This document shows positions 10,548-21,500 of a stretch of DNA of 36,190 nt, piece after piece (the stretch's first letter is position 1; each line of letters begins with the position of its first letter). The notes under the pieces were generated by a model. The model did no database searches. It was given only the letters and a program-made list of their open reading frames with translations, and was not told the origin of the DNA. A program made the translations under genes and the position numbers. Source of the stretch: Trichinella spiralis (taxonomy: Eukaryota); NCBI RefSeq assembly GCF_000181795.1, contig NW_003526940.1, positions 2,269,790 through 2,305,979 of the forward strand, in the 5' to 3' direction.

Positions 10548-12834
10548 GAAATGAAACAAATCAGAGGAACGTCAAGCACAGAGAGCAGATAAAGCGTAAG
10601 ATGGAGAGAATGTGATTCGTTACTGATTATATATATGTGCTGACTGTTTGTAAATAAATTTGTTGCCTGTTGAAATTTATCTAGATTCGATGTAAACTTC
10701 CGGGTGTAATGTCAGAATAATAATCTGTTTGAAAAATCTGGAATGTTGTAGCAACACTTCCAATTTCCGGGTTACAAATGGCACTAATGCTAACGTTACG
10801 TTTCAGCTCGCAATTTCACTTAATTTTACGCTTGATTTCATACATATGCCTTTGTCAAGCATTCTCCGCTTTTCTCGTCACATCACATATGTTGGTAAAG
10901 GCGATTTTAATACAAAGAGAAAATGCACAATTGACAAATTGTTCACAGTTGCNNNNNNNNNNNNNNNNNNNNNNNNNNNNNNNNNNNNNNNNNNNNNNNN
11001 NNNNNNNNNNNNNNNNNNNNNNNNNNNNNNNNNNNNNNNNNNNNNNNNNNNNNNNNNNNNNNNNNNNNNNNNNNNNNNNNNNNNNNNNNNNNNNNNNNNN
11101 NNNNNNNNNNNNNNNNNNNNNNNNNNNNNNNNNNNNNNNNNNNNNNNNNNNNNNNNNNNNNNNNNNNNNNNNNNNNNNNNNNNNNNNNNNNNNNNNNNNN
11201 NNNNNNNNNNNNNNNNTAAGATTTTGGCCAACAAAAAATTCCGTGTAGTTAATTAAACAGTAAAATAATGGATAACTGCATAATAATTCTTTCCAAATTC
11301 CACTTACCAAGTTCATATGTAATTTGAAATGCAACATCAAACAGATCAGCTATATCATAAGCGCTGCTTTTGATGCGGAATATTTAAATATTTCGTTATC
11401 ATTAAAATATATACACTGAAAGGTTGCAAATGGAAATGAAAACAGATGGCAATTTAAGTGTTCACCAACGCACTACTCGGTTTCGTTCTGATGTAAAAAN
11501 NNNNNNNNNNNNNNNNNNNNNNNNNNNNNNNNNNNNNNNNNNNNNNNNNNNNNNNNNNNNNNNNNNNNNNNNNNNNNNNNNNNNNNNNNNNNNNNNNNNN
11601 NNNNNNNNNNNNNNNNNNNNNNNNNNNNNNNNNNNNNNNNNNNNNNNNNNNNNNNNNNNNNNNNNNNNNNNNNNNNNNNNNNNNNNNNNNNNNNNNNNNN
11701 NNNNNNNNNNNNNNNNNNNNNNNNNNNNNNNNNNNNNNNNNNNNNNNNNNNNNNNNNNNNNNNNNNNNNNNNNNNNNNNNNNNNNNNNNNNNNNNNNNNN
11801 NNNNNNNNNNNNNNNNNNNNNNNNNNNNNNNNNNNNNNNNNNNNNNNNNNNNNNNNNNNNNNNNNNNNNNNNNNNNNNNNNNNNNNNNNNNNNNNNNNNN
11901 NNNNNNNNNNNNNNNNNNNNNNNNNNNNNNNNNNNNNNNNNNNNNNNNNNNNNNNNNNNNNNNNNNNNNNNNNNNNNNNNNNNNNNNNNNNNNNNNNNNN
12001 NNNNNNNNNNNNNNNNNNNNNNNNNNNNNTGTCACTCATCATTTTTATTTTGCATGTATTACAATCGCCATTAGCTACTCATCAGAACATTTTCTCGCAA
12101 ACGGAAAAGCATCTAATGCATAAATCTCATTTAATTGCTAGCTGAAACGAAATTTATCTGACAAGCAAAGTAACTGTTGGTTGACATTCTTTTGAACAGT
12201 ATTTATGCACTTGGCAAGATCAAAGTAAAGCACTTTGATGATGCTAACAGAAAGAAAGCAGAATGACTGTTTTTTTTTCATAAGTTTGCTTTTTATCAAC
12301 TTATTTGTTTCGCACCATTTAATGTTGCGCTGCGTCTATATTAACAGCATCTACCTTTTTTTTATCAATCAAAAAATTCAGTTTTTTCTATAAAAATTAT
12401 GCGATATCATAAAGTTAAAAAAATTATCAACCATGCTGCCATGAATACATAAATTAAAAACAGCAAAATCTTGAATTAGAAAACTTACCATTGATAAAAA
12501 ACGAATATTTAACAAATGAAACTTCTTAGAGCCACAACCATTCATTTAAATGTGAAAAAGCAGGCGATGTTTCCTTTGGGAAATCAGTTCTACTCATTAT
12601 TAAATTATAAGAAAAGCCTTGAATACAATATAAACTTAACGCATAAAAATTCGGTAAGATAAAGGTTAATGCGACCATTCAAGTGGTGCGTTGTATTATA
12701 CTTGTACTGCATTGCACTGTATCTGTATGGCATTGTATTGTTTTTTTTTATTTTTTCATAGTAATTTCATTCTCTTACTTTCCTCAATCTGAGAACAACA
12801 GAATTATTATAAAACAGTCAAAAGGTTAGAAATA

Positions 12835-13009
12835 AAATTTGACAAATACTATGAAATAAAAATTGACAAATAAAATGAAATAATATTTGACAAATAAAAT
12901 GCAAAGGAGTGACAACAAATGAAATTTACTGGCACGCGTCAGAACAGCAACCAATGAAATCTTACTGCAAAAAAGTAGTCACAGTCTGCGGGGAAATCGG
13001 GTCTACCCC
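12835..13009. mobile_element. Right terminus of a GGGGTAGACCC-type long-TIR MITE
   Basis: Ends CGGGTCTACCCC, the reverse complement of the 20396 terminus GGGGTAGACCC. It is preceded by the same TTGACAAATA and CCAATGAAAT subrepeats as 21075-21254. The left end probably lies at or in the gap ending at 12029. Confidence 0.55.
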
Positions 13010-14239
13010 TTTTATTAACATTATACTGTAATGCAGTAATATCAATGCGAACTTACATTTCTTTATCAACAGTAATGGATAATAATATTCACAATTTAAT
13101 TCAGCTATTATTGATTATATGTTAATTATTATGATGATTATATTATATGATAAGCTGCTTGTAATTTCAATAAATTCATTGTTTTTATTAAACTTTGAAA
13201 ATTCATCATGAAGAAGTGGAGTGGAGTCATTAGCAGAGTGGAGCTTAAATTCTGTTTACGGTAGATACTAGCCTGTAATGTGCTTTTAGCCAACATATTT
13301 GTATCTGCTTCCGAATGTAAGAATAAATGCTGTATATATTGAAACAGAGCATAAATATTGTTATTAGGGATGCTTGGGAAAATGCTCCGAGGGAAAACAC
13401 TGTCTGAACGATGATTTACAAGACCACGACTCACTAACTCTGAATTACTGGATATCAGATACACAGATATTTATCAACTGAGCTATGCGCATTTATCAAC
13501 GCGCAGCAAGCAGGAAAAGGTGACATTGTCATCAGTAATTGCTTGCTCAATTCAGGAGAAGATGGCTCAAGGAATATATAGTGAGCATATCAAGATGTCA
13601 AAAGGTATCCAGGGAAGCTACTTTACTATGCCAATGTAAGTGAGCTTTACTAAAATCAATTTCTCCATATTGCACACATACAGTAGTACTCTATCAATAG
13701 CCTTTATAATATGAAAGGTCAGGATTGGTTTCCGCAGGTACACTCCTCCCAGATATTCTAGCAAGAGCTTGTAGCAGGCCTCTGGATGCTGGTGGAGTGT
13801 CTGAGATTGTTGTCAGTGCTTTTGAGGGGCTGTGGTCAGATCCTGAATACATAGCGTCGCAGAGGGGAGAACAGATGATCAAGTTGTCGTCTTCACTGTC
13901 TTGGGTCGTCGTCTCAGTAGATACGTCATAAGGTGGCACGCGGTGATAGAGTTCTCAGACATGGCAAAGGGTACCGTCGCTAACCTGGCTACAGACGATA
14001 TCAGTGACGACGTCCTTTTGGTGTCAGGTGTGGCATCAGGTATCAAGCAGCTCCACCAACACCTTGTCAAAGTAAAATGTCTCGTGCAAATAAGTACAGC
14101 GTCTCAAAACGGCATGCGGGTTTCTCATCGTCTCCTTTGCTGACAGATCTACGCTTCGTATTCTGCGTTCTGATGTGTGATGTTGTTTGGGTTTCCAGCT
14201 GTGCTGCAGTAGCATTGTTTAATTATTTTAATGTTTGAT

Positions 14240-14577
14240 CTATGGAATGTAATATATGTACAGATACGCAGAAGCAATGCGCAAGAAGGATGACACTTCA
14301 GAATGAACCGGCACGTATGGAAACATCACCTCAGCATTTATGAACTGCTCCAATTGCTGATTGATTAGTAGGAATCAGCGCAAACGTTGAATCAGCAGGA
14401 GACATCAGGACACGTTATCGCCAATGATTTACAGATAAGAAATTATAAATGTGAAGAAGTGCATTAGCGCCTAACCGCACTGACTGCAGAATATGATAGT
14501 TGGGGGGGGGGTAGGCGTACAGTGGAGTAGTTTTTAAGAACTGTAGCGTATGATGTTCCTGAGCCGGTGAACATCTG
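14240..14577 (+). pseudogene. Relic C-terminus of a MULE transposase
   Basis: Manual translation LWNVIYVQIRRSNAQEG*HFRMNRHVWKHHLSIYELLQLLID**ES..RLTALTAEYD..E*FLRTVAYDVPEP aligns with 8950-9235 (YELLQLLIAEQG..E*FLKALMYITPEP) and retains the EG(W)H motif. Confidence 0.75.
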
Positions 14578-14709
14578 CGTGTCGCCTTTTCTGCATCAAC
14601 AATAAATACGTACACCAAAAAGTAATACGTAGAACAACCAACCTTTTTTGTGCATGACTATGTTCTCATTTCTGTCACTTATTGCCGTAACGGTGACGTC
14701 AAGCAATGC

Positions 14710-15124
14710 AACGTGGATCTAGCACTTATTTTCCGAATGAGCACCGCCTACTTTTCCTCATGAAAATTTCATTGGTTGTCGCGCTGATGCTCATAGCTAA
14801 ATTTTATTGGTTGTCAGGCTGATGAGATTAGGTTGCCTAGAGAAGGGACTACATAAATCTAAATTGGCTAAGTGAACAGGATACGTCACGGATAGTTACT
14901 ATGCAAATTCATAAGCGAACACCATGTTTTAATTTTGATATTAAGCGAACAAAAAGAATTCGGGAGAGGGTGGATTTAGATGCTAAGAAATCAGTATTTG
15001 ACAAAGAGAATGTATAAGTGGGACAAGAAATGATGAAATTTAGTTGCGTGCATGAGAGCAGCAAGCAATGAAATTTACTGAAAAAACGTAGGCGGAATTT
15101 GTTGGGAGTAATCAGGTCCACCCC
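14710..15124. mobile_element. ~410-bp MITE with imperfect ~110-bp TIRs, related to the GGGGT-terminus family
   Basis: Left GTGGATCT..CCGCCTACTTTT..AAATTTCATTGGTTG..CTAAATTTTAT mirrors the reverse complement of the right end GGGGTGGACCT..CCGCCTACGTTTT..AAATTTCATTGCTTG..CTAAATTTCAT. No TSD seen. Confidence 0.6.
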
Positions 15125-15499
15125 ACATATAACGTATCTTAACCTTCGAATTACCAAAGTGTTTTTTGTCCTTCTGATGATCAAAGCCAGGTCAATTTTA
15201 ACCGGGGTGAACAATGCGCATTTGGGGCCTTAATTTCACTTATTTTAAAAATTTAATGCTTCCTTTTGTATGATGTGGTATTCCTGAATTAAATCCAGAA
15301 ATTTAGAAATTAATTGGATCACTGGTAATTATTTTATTGTTCACTTATGCGTGGAGTTGTTGAATCACTAAATTCAGTTGTATCAGTTTACTTTTATTTG
15401 AATTCCCGTGAAAGTTTCATCATTTACTGGTTCCATATTGTATAGGTTTATTGAAAAGTTGAGTTTGGCATTAGATTTGTTTTTTTAATAGTTAGCTTG

Positions 15500-16500
15500 C
15501 ATAAATTCGCCCACAATTTTGTGATTGACTGTTCGCTGATGGGTTCTACGGCGAACGTCAGTAATTGGCTAAAAAAGTGTGCAATTTTATTAGTTGCTCA
15601 ATTTTGATCAGCAATTGGGCGAGTGACTATTAATATTTGATTTCCTACTTAACTCTGTTCATTGATTGGATGATTATTTTTCATGAAAGCTTTCTCAAAT
15701 ATGTAGTGCATTACAGCTTACTTACCTTATATGGATATAAGTAATCACTTTGCAATTTTTAAAACAGCTTTTAAACCTACAATGTGGAATAATGTATATT
15801 TATTTTTGGAATTGAAAAATTATACTTTGAAAAGGCTTCTACGTTTTACATATCACTGATTACAGAAGGTTATCTTATTACTTCAATTTTGCTTTTGCAA
15901 TTTTATTTCGTCATGTCTATGCTGATCAACATAGTATTTTTCACAGAATCTCAGCTATTTGCTATAAGCGTGGGGAATATATAATGTGCAATCTTTCATT
16001 TTACAAGAACTTACAAATCTGAACTTTATTACAATATGTACAGCGTGTAGAGATGGGCAGTACAATAATAATTAAAACATTAAAAAGGGTTCAGTTCTAA
16101 ATTTAGGTTGATTGCGCTACGACAGGCGACAAATTTCTAAGTTGAAAAATGGATTTCCTGCGACGTAATAATGGTAATGTGCTACGTCAAACCATTCCTT
16201 TTATCCTTGTTTACAACGGGTATTTGTCATTACGATTTGTGCGCTTCAGGCTGTAGCGCCAACCTTTGTGTATTAGTTTATGCTGCTTGTTTGAGATACA
16301 AACCGAATTTCATCATTATTTATTCCCATCATTTGAAAATAAATCTCAAATCTACGACACAGAAAACAGAACAAGTTAGTGATGACCACTAAGACGTAAA
16401 TAGAAGAAAAACAGAATTGATGGTCTTGTTCTTTACAAACTGAATATCTTTATTATCCAATTGCATCATTCTGCAAAAAATATAGAAGCAACAAATGAAC
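15500..16500 (-). repeat. Diverged inverted copy of the dispersed repeat that lies upstream of family-C MULE genes
   Basis: The reverse complement aligns patchily with 4600-5280 / 1-700 (e.g. GTTGATCAGCATAGA, ATGTAAAACG, TTTGTAAAGAACAA) and with 34140-34335. Confidence 0.65.
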
Positions 16501-16789
16501 TGCTTAAAGAAGAGAATTGAACAAACAGATGTTAAATAAGCATGTTTATCTGAGTCATTCATTGTTTTCATAATTCAACACGTAATGACTTTTTACGATA
16601 GCAACAGAGCTAGCCTTGTCAACTAGTTTGACAATGAAGAAAGCTGTGCAGTGATTATCATGAGCAAGGTCAAAATTTATCACGCAGAATTTTATGAAAT
16701 TTCACAAGACTAACAAGCATGTGCTGCAGATAAATTTCCCCCAAGCTTGCCAAAAGCATTTTCAGTTCAATCTGTGCTGCAGCTATGTA

Positions 16790-17495
16790 CCGGGCGGAAA
16801 GATCTGGGACTCACTGCTCTGCAGATAACAACAAAATCCAACAAATTTTTAATGTGTCATTCGACGACGAATGATACATTAATTTTTGCCATCGAGGCTG
16901 ATGTGAGCTACTGGCTTGGAGTAACTGCTGGTGCAGAGTTCAGACCGTTAACATTCTCTCATGCTGGCACCAGCAGTTGTTCACCCCTCATGTGTTCGAG
17001 TTACCCGTTGTATATTGTTTGACTGCTAGGAAAGATCTGCCATGTATAACCGGATATTTGAAGTGCTCCATTCCAAAGCGGAAAAACTTGGCGTCAAACT
17101 TAATCTGGCTAAAATTTGTTTGTGATTTCAAAACAGCCTTGATCCCAGCTATTCAAGGCAGCCGTCCCAACACCCGGGTGCAAGGTTCCTTCTTCCACTT
17201 TTGCCAAGCTGTGCTTGGACAGGTCGGCCGGTTTGGCTTAAAAAATGTTGATTCATAATCAGGAGGTAAGAAAAAAGGTGAAAAAGCTGATGGCATTGGC
17301 ATTTTTGCCGGTGAACCTTGTACCCGCGGGTTTCGAAATCTTAAATGTTGGGACGTTGGGTCAAATGGAAGCCTTGTTCCAGTACTTCCAGCGGGAGGTA
17401 GCTTCCGGCCGCTAAAATTCCGTTTCGGAATGTACGGTAGGTTACAGCGTAATGAAATGAGTATAGAACATTTTTAAGTGCCATATCTCATCATC
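16790..17495 (+). pseudogene. Relic catalytic region of family-C MULE transposase
   Basis: RKDLGLTALQITTKS continues from where 733-1290 ends. Also QQLFTPHVF, LPVVYCLTARKDLP, FVCDFKTALIPAIQG, QGSFFHFCQAV, LMALAFLPV and ALFQYFQRE. Multiple frameshifts, and a deletion spanning the catalytic Glu region near 17435. Confidence 0.85.
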
Positions 17496-17639
17496 TGTAC
17501 GATTATAGCACCTTTTTGTATATATTGTAATATAGTTTAGATCTGTTTGTTGTTGATTCTAAGTGATTGTTGCTTGTTGTTGATTCTTATTAATTGTTGG
17601 TTGTTTGTTAATTTTTATTGATTGTTGGAGTGGTTGTCA

Positions 17640-18250
17640 TATGAAGCTGTATACTATGTATTTGCCTAATTCAGAAGCGCTTGTAACGAAAAGCAGATGT
17701 TACTGCGCAAAGCAGTCTGCTGGTGTGCATAGACGTGAAGAAATAAAATTACAAAAGCCAATTTAATATGTCAGTTAAAGCCAATTTAATTTAATATCAA
17801 TACAATGAAATGTAAAACTGAAAGATCATTTATTTTATACACTAATATGACCACTTATTTAAGCCCATTTTCAAATACTGCAAGACATCTTTTTAAATTC
17901 TGCTCTTTAAAATATACACACAAAGGGTGAGTAAATGTAAAAATGTTAAATATTAGTCATATGAATATTCATCTTCTTATGGTTACAGTACCTTTACGCA
18001 GTAAAAGTTAGCTAACACTGCTACTCCATATCTTAAAAAATAATGTCAATAAATGGTAAATGATTATTTATTTCCATATAAGGTAATTTAATAAAAATGC
18101 CCCCATATTTGGGAAAATGTTGATAAACAACAATCACGTAATCATAGATCAAAGCTTCATAGCTAATCAAATGGCAAAAGTTATCTGCCCAATCATTATC
18201 ATAATTAGCCAATAAAATAGCAAAAGTCATTAAACAATTACCGATCAAAC
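17640..18250 (+). repeat. Diverged copy of the same dispersed upstream repeat
   Basis: 17650-17820 aligns with 210-380, and 18050-18250 aligns with 470-665 (e.g. TGATAAACAACAATCAC, ATAGCTAATCAAATGGCA). Confidence 0.7.
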
Positions 18251-18339
18251 GCCGTACAGTCGTACAAAAGAATCAGAGTTTGGAGAAATTGGGAAGCGGA
18301 TGAGTTCAGAATAGCCTTTTAAAAATCACGCTATGTCAC

Positions 18340-18585
18340 TGTTGTGTATGAGAACTGATTAAGTATATAGAGACTTTACTTCTAATGACAACACAATACC
18401 AAGCTAATGTATAACGCACAAGAGATTACACACAAAGATAACGCACACACAGGGAAAACAATACACACAGAGCGAACGCGGAAACAGCTACGCACGGACA
18501 CTGGTGACGTGGAAAGTACTGTAATATGTTCCTGCGCGTTCTTTTTGTAGATATTTTTGATTGCATTGAATCACAATACATTACA
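18340..18585 (-). repeat. Gypsy 3' LTR (246 bp)
   Basis: Direct repeat of 23260-23501, adjacent to the polypurine tract. Confidence 0.95.
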
Positions 18586-18596
18586 TCCCTTCCCCC
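18586..18596 (-). other. Gypsy polypurine tract
   Basis: GGGGGAAGGGA on the minus strand, between the pol stop (18597-18599) and the 3' LTR. Confidence 0.9.
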
Positions 18597-21500
18597 TTAA
18601 CATTCGTAGTCTCTGAGCCGTTCTGGCGGTCTTCTTTTACGCGTAGACGATCTCTGTTGTCCAACACTTTCAATATCAGGTGATGGTGACGCTGCCGCAT
18701 TTTCTTCTCTTTGTGTTGTGACAACTGCTGTATCTTCCTCAGGTATAACTTCAACTGTTTTTTTTTCCAGCTTTATCTTCCTGTGATTCGATTTTCTCTG
18801 CACTGTGATTATGTTCAGCAGTCACATAGCGTTTTCTCACCTGGTCTATGTGTCTGGGCCACAGTTGACCGTCTTCGGTCTGTACCTGGTAGGACGGTGG
18901 GCCTGTCTGAGTCACAACTGTCGCTGGTTTCCAGGTTTTCTCCGAAGAATAATTCCTAGCGTATACCTGATCGTAAGTTTGGAATGTGCGTACCTTTTCA
19001 AAATTTTTATCAAGGTCTTCCAGTACTACGTCTGGTTGTAATCAGTCCAGAACAGTTCAGAGTCTACGGTTCATCAGAAGTTCAGCCGGGCTTTTGCCAG
19101 TTGTCGTGCAAGGAGTGACATGTTGGCAAAATAAGAAATTCGCGAGGTTGTATTCCCAGTCACGTTGTGTCATCTTCTTTAGGCATTCCTTCGTAATACG
19201 GACCATCCTTTCATCTTGACCGTTTGACGACGGGTGAAAGGAGGCGGACGTGATGTGCCTGATACTACCTTTGTTTACGTATTCTTGAAAGGTGTGGGAA
19301 GTGAACTGTGTACCATTATCAGAGACGATAATGTCAGGGAGTCCATGGGTACTAAAAATTTGTCTCAGGCATGATATCACTGATTCGGATGTCGTGTTTT
19401 TCAGTACTCTGACTTCACGTCATTTGGAGAAGGCGTCCACGACAATTAGGAAATTCTTGCCGTAAATAGGGCCTGCTAAGTCAACGTGTATGCGAGACCA
19501 CGGAGTTCTTGGAGATTCCCACTTGTGCACAGGCGCGTGTGGTGGCGAAGCTCTCGACTGTTGACACAGTTCGCATGTTCTTACCAAATTTTCGATTTCA
19601 CTGTCCATTTTTGGCCACCAAACGTAGCTTCGGGCAAGTGCTTTCATTCGTACGATGCCTGGATGACCTATGTGCAATTCCTTGAGAATTTTGTGACGTG
19701 CTTGGAGTGGGATTATCACTCTACTGCCCCATAGCAAACAACCATTGTGAATGGAGATTTCATGTTGGCGCGTCACGTAAGGTTTCAGTCGTTCGTCTGA
19801 TACAGATTTCAGCCATCCCCTCCATGCCCAGCTTAAAACTCGTGTGAGAATCAGATCCTTTGCAGTTATTCGTGCAATATCCTTGCTGTGAAGCGGAAAA
19901 ATGTCTATAGTCTCTAACAAAAGAATAACTGAGTTGTGTGAGTCGTCATTTTCTGTTGATTGCTTTGGCAAACGACTTACTGCATCTGCATTTGCTATTT
20001 CTTTGCCGGGTCGGTAATTTATGGTATAATCGTATGCATTCAGAAGAATCGACCAACGTAACATTCTTGGTGACAGAATTTGAGGTGTTTCCTTCTTTGG
20101 CACGAACACTCCCAACAGTGGTTTGTGATCTGTTATGATAGTGAATTGACGACCATACAGATACTCATGGAATTTCTTTACGCCAGCAATAACTGCCAAT
20201 GCTTCTTTATCAATTTGTGCGTAATTCCTTTCGGTCGCGGATAATGTTCGTGAATAAAACGCAATTGGAATTACTTGCGTTGATGACAACTTGTGGCAAA
20301 GAACCGCGCCAATACCATGTGGCGATGCATCGCATACTAATACTAACGGCTTTTTACCGTCGTAATGTGTTAGAACCGCATCAGATGACAATAATGGGGT
20401 AGACCCTGAATATTCATCAAAGACATGCCGCTTCACACTTTGATTGGTTGTATATTTTGCGTAGAACTCTGATTGGTTTTGAATTTTATTGGTTTACACG
20501 GCGGCTAAATTTCATTAGATGTCGTTGCGAATCTCAATTTTACTGGTTGTCATTTTCATGCATTCTATTTGTCACATTTTGGTTTCTTTTTAATGGTCAC
20601 TTTTTTATTCTAAGCTTAACTGTTTATCTTCTATATGTATATTAATAATAGCTAAATTGTACATTTAAAAGCTGACTAGCACCTTAAAATTATAAGTTGA
20701 TTAACAAATTTGCTTGTGGTTTCATTTTTGTGCATAATTATATTCATAGAACTGCTGATCAGATCTAAGAAATTCGCTTTACTTTAATTTAAACTGACTT
20801 CGTTTATTGTGTGTATAATATTGAGCATTTTAAAGGCCTTGCTCAAAAGTTTGCTTCCTATTAATTTGTTTCTTAATTTGATGAAGTTAAATATAAGTTT
20901 AAATTAAAGTATTAATTGAATTTAGACGTTATGGATGCTGTTAGTAAGAAAGATCACGTGAATTCACCATTTCACTGAATTTCATTAAATAATTAGCTGT
21001 GATTAATTTTACTACATAAATATCATAAAATAGTAAAGCTTTGAATATCAGAAAACTGACCATTGAAATGAAATCAAAATTTGACAAATAGCACGCATTA
21101 CAATGACAGCCAGTAAAAATTTTGGTTTGCGACAACGAATAAAACTCATCGCAACAGCAACTAATGAAATTTAGCCGGCATGAAAACCAATGAAATTTAA
21201 GGCCAATCAAACGTCGAGCGGAATGCCTTTGAAGTACACTCGGGTAGTAGACCCGGAGCGTCTTGAATTGCTTGCACCTTTGCTTTAGCAGGATGGATTC
21301 CTGTTGCGTCAACTTCGAAGCCTAAAAATTCAACGCGCGGAAGACAGAATTTACTCTTATCTGATTTAAGTCGCAGTCCTGCTTTTGCGAAGCGGTGAAG
21401 AACGGTTTCCAGACGATTTGCTAGCTCTTTCTCATCACTCGCTGCAATGAGGATGTCGTTGAAGTATGGCAACACTCCTTGAATGCCAGCGACGGTTTTA

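Larger units (their letters stand above)
5700..11271. mobile_element. Composite Mutator-like structure: ~640-bp inverted repeats (5700-6340 / ~10627-11271) enclosing convergent transposase paralogues
   Basis: 6017-6340 is the reverse complement of ~10627-10952 (roughly 90% by eye; ORFs 5992- and 10729+ both start MKNLECCSNTSNFRV). 5700-5755 matches 11217-11271. The 264-N gap fits the ~260 bp of the left arm that should fill it. No TSD identified. Confidence 0.7.

Noticed and set aside
10729..12074. Long ORFs spanning N runs
   Set aside because: They are artefacts of translating assembly gaps.
15500..18250. Inverted dispersed repeats as TIRs of the 16790-17495 transposase relic
   Set aside because: Their gene-proximal ends, defined by the copy upstream of ATG 733, point outward rather than toward the relic, so they more likely belong to separate neighbouring elements.
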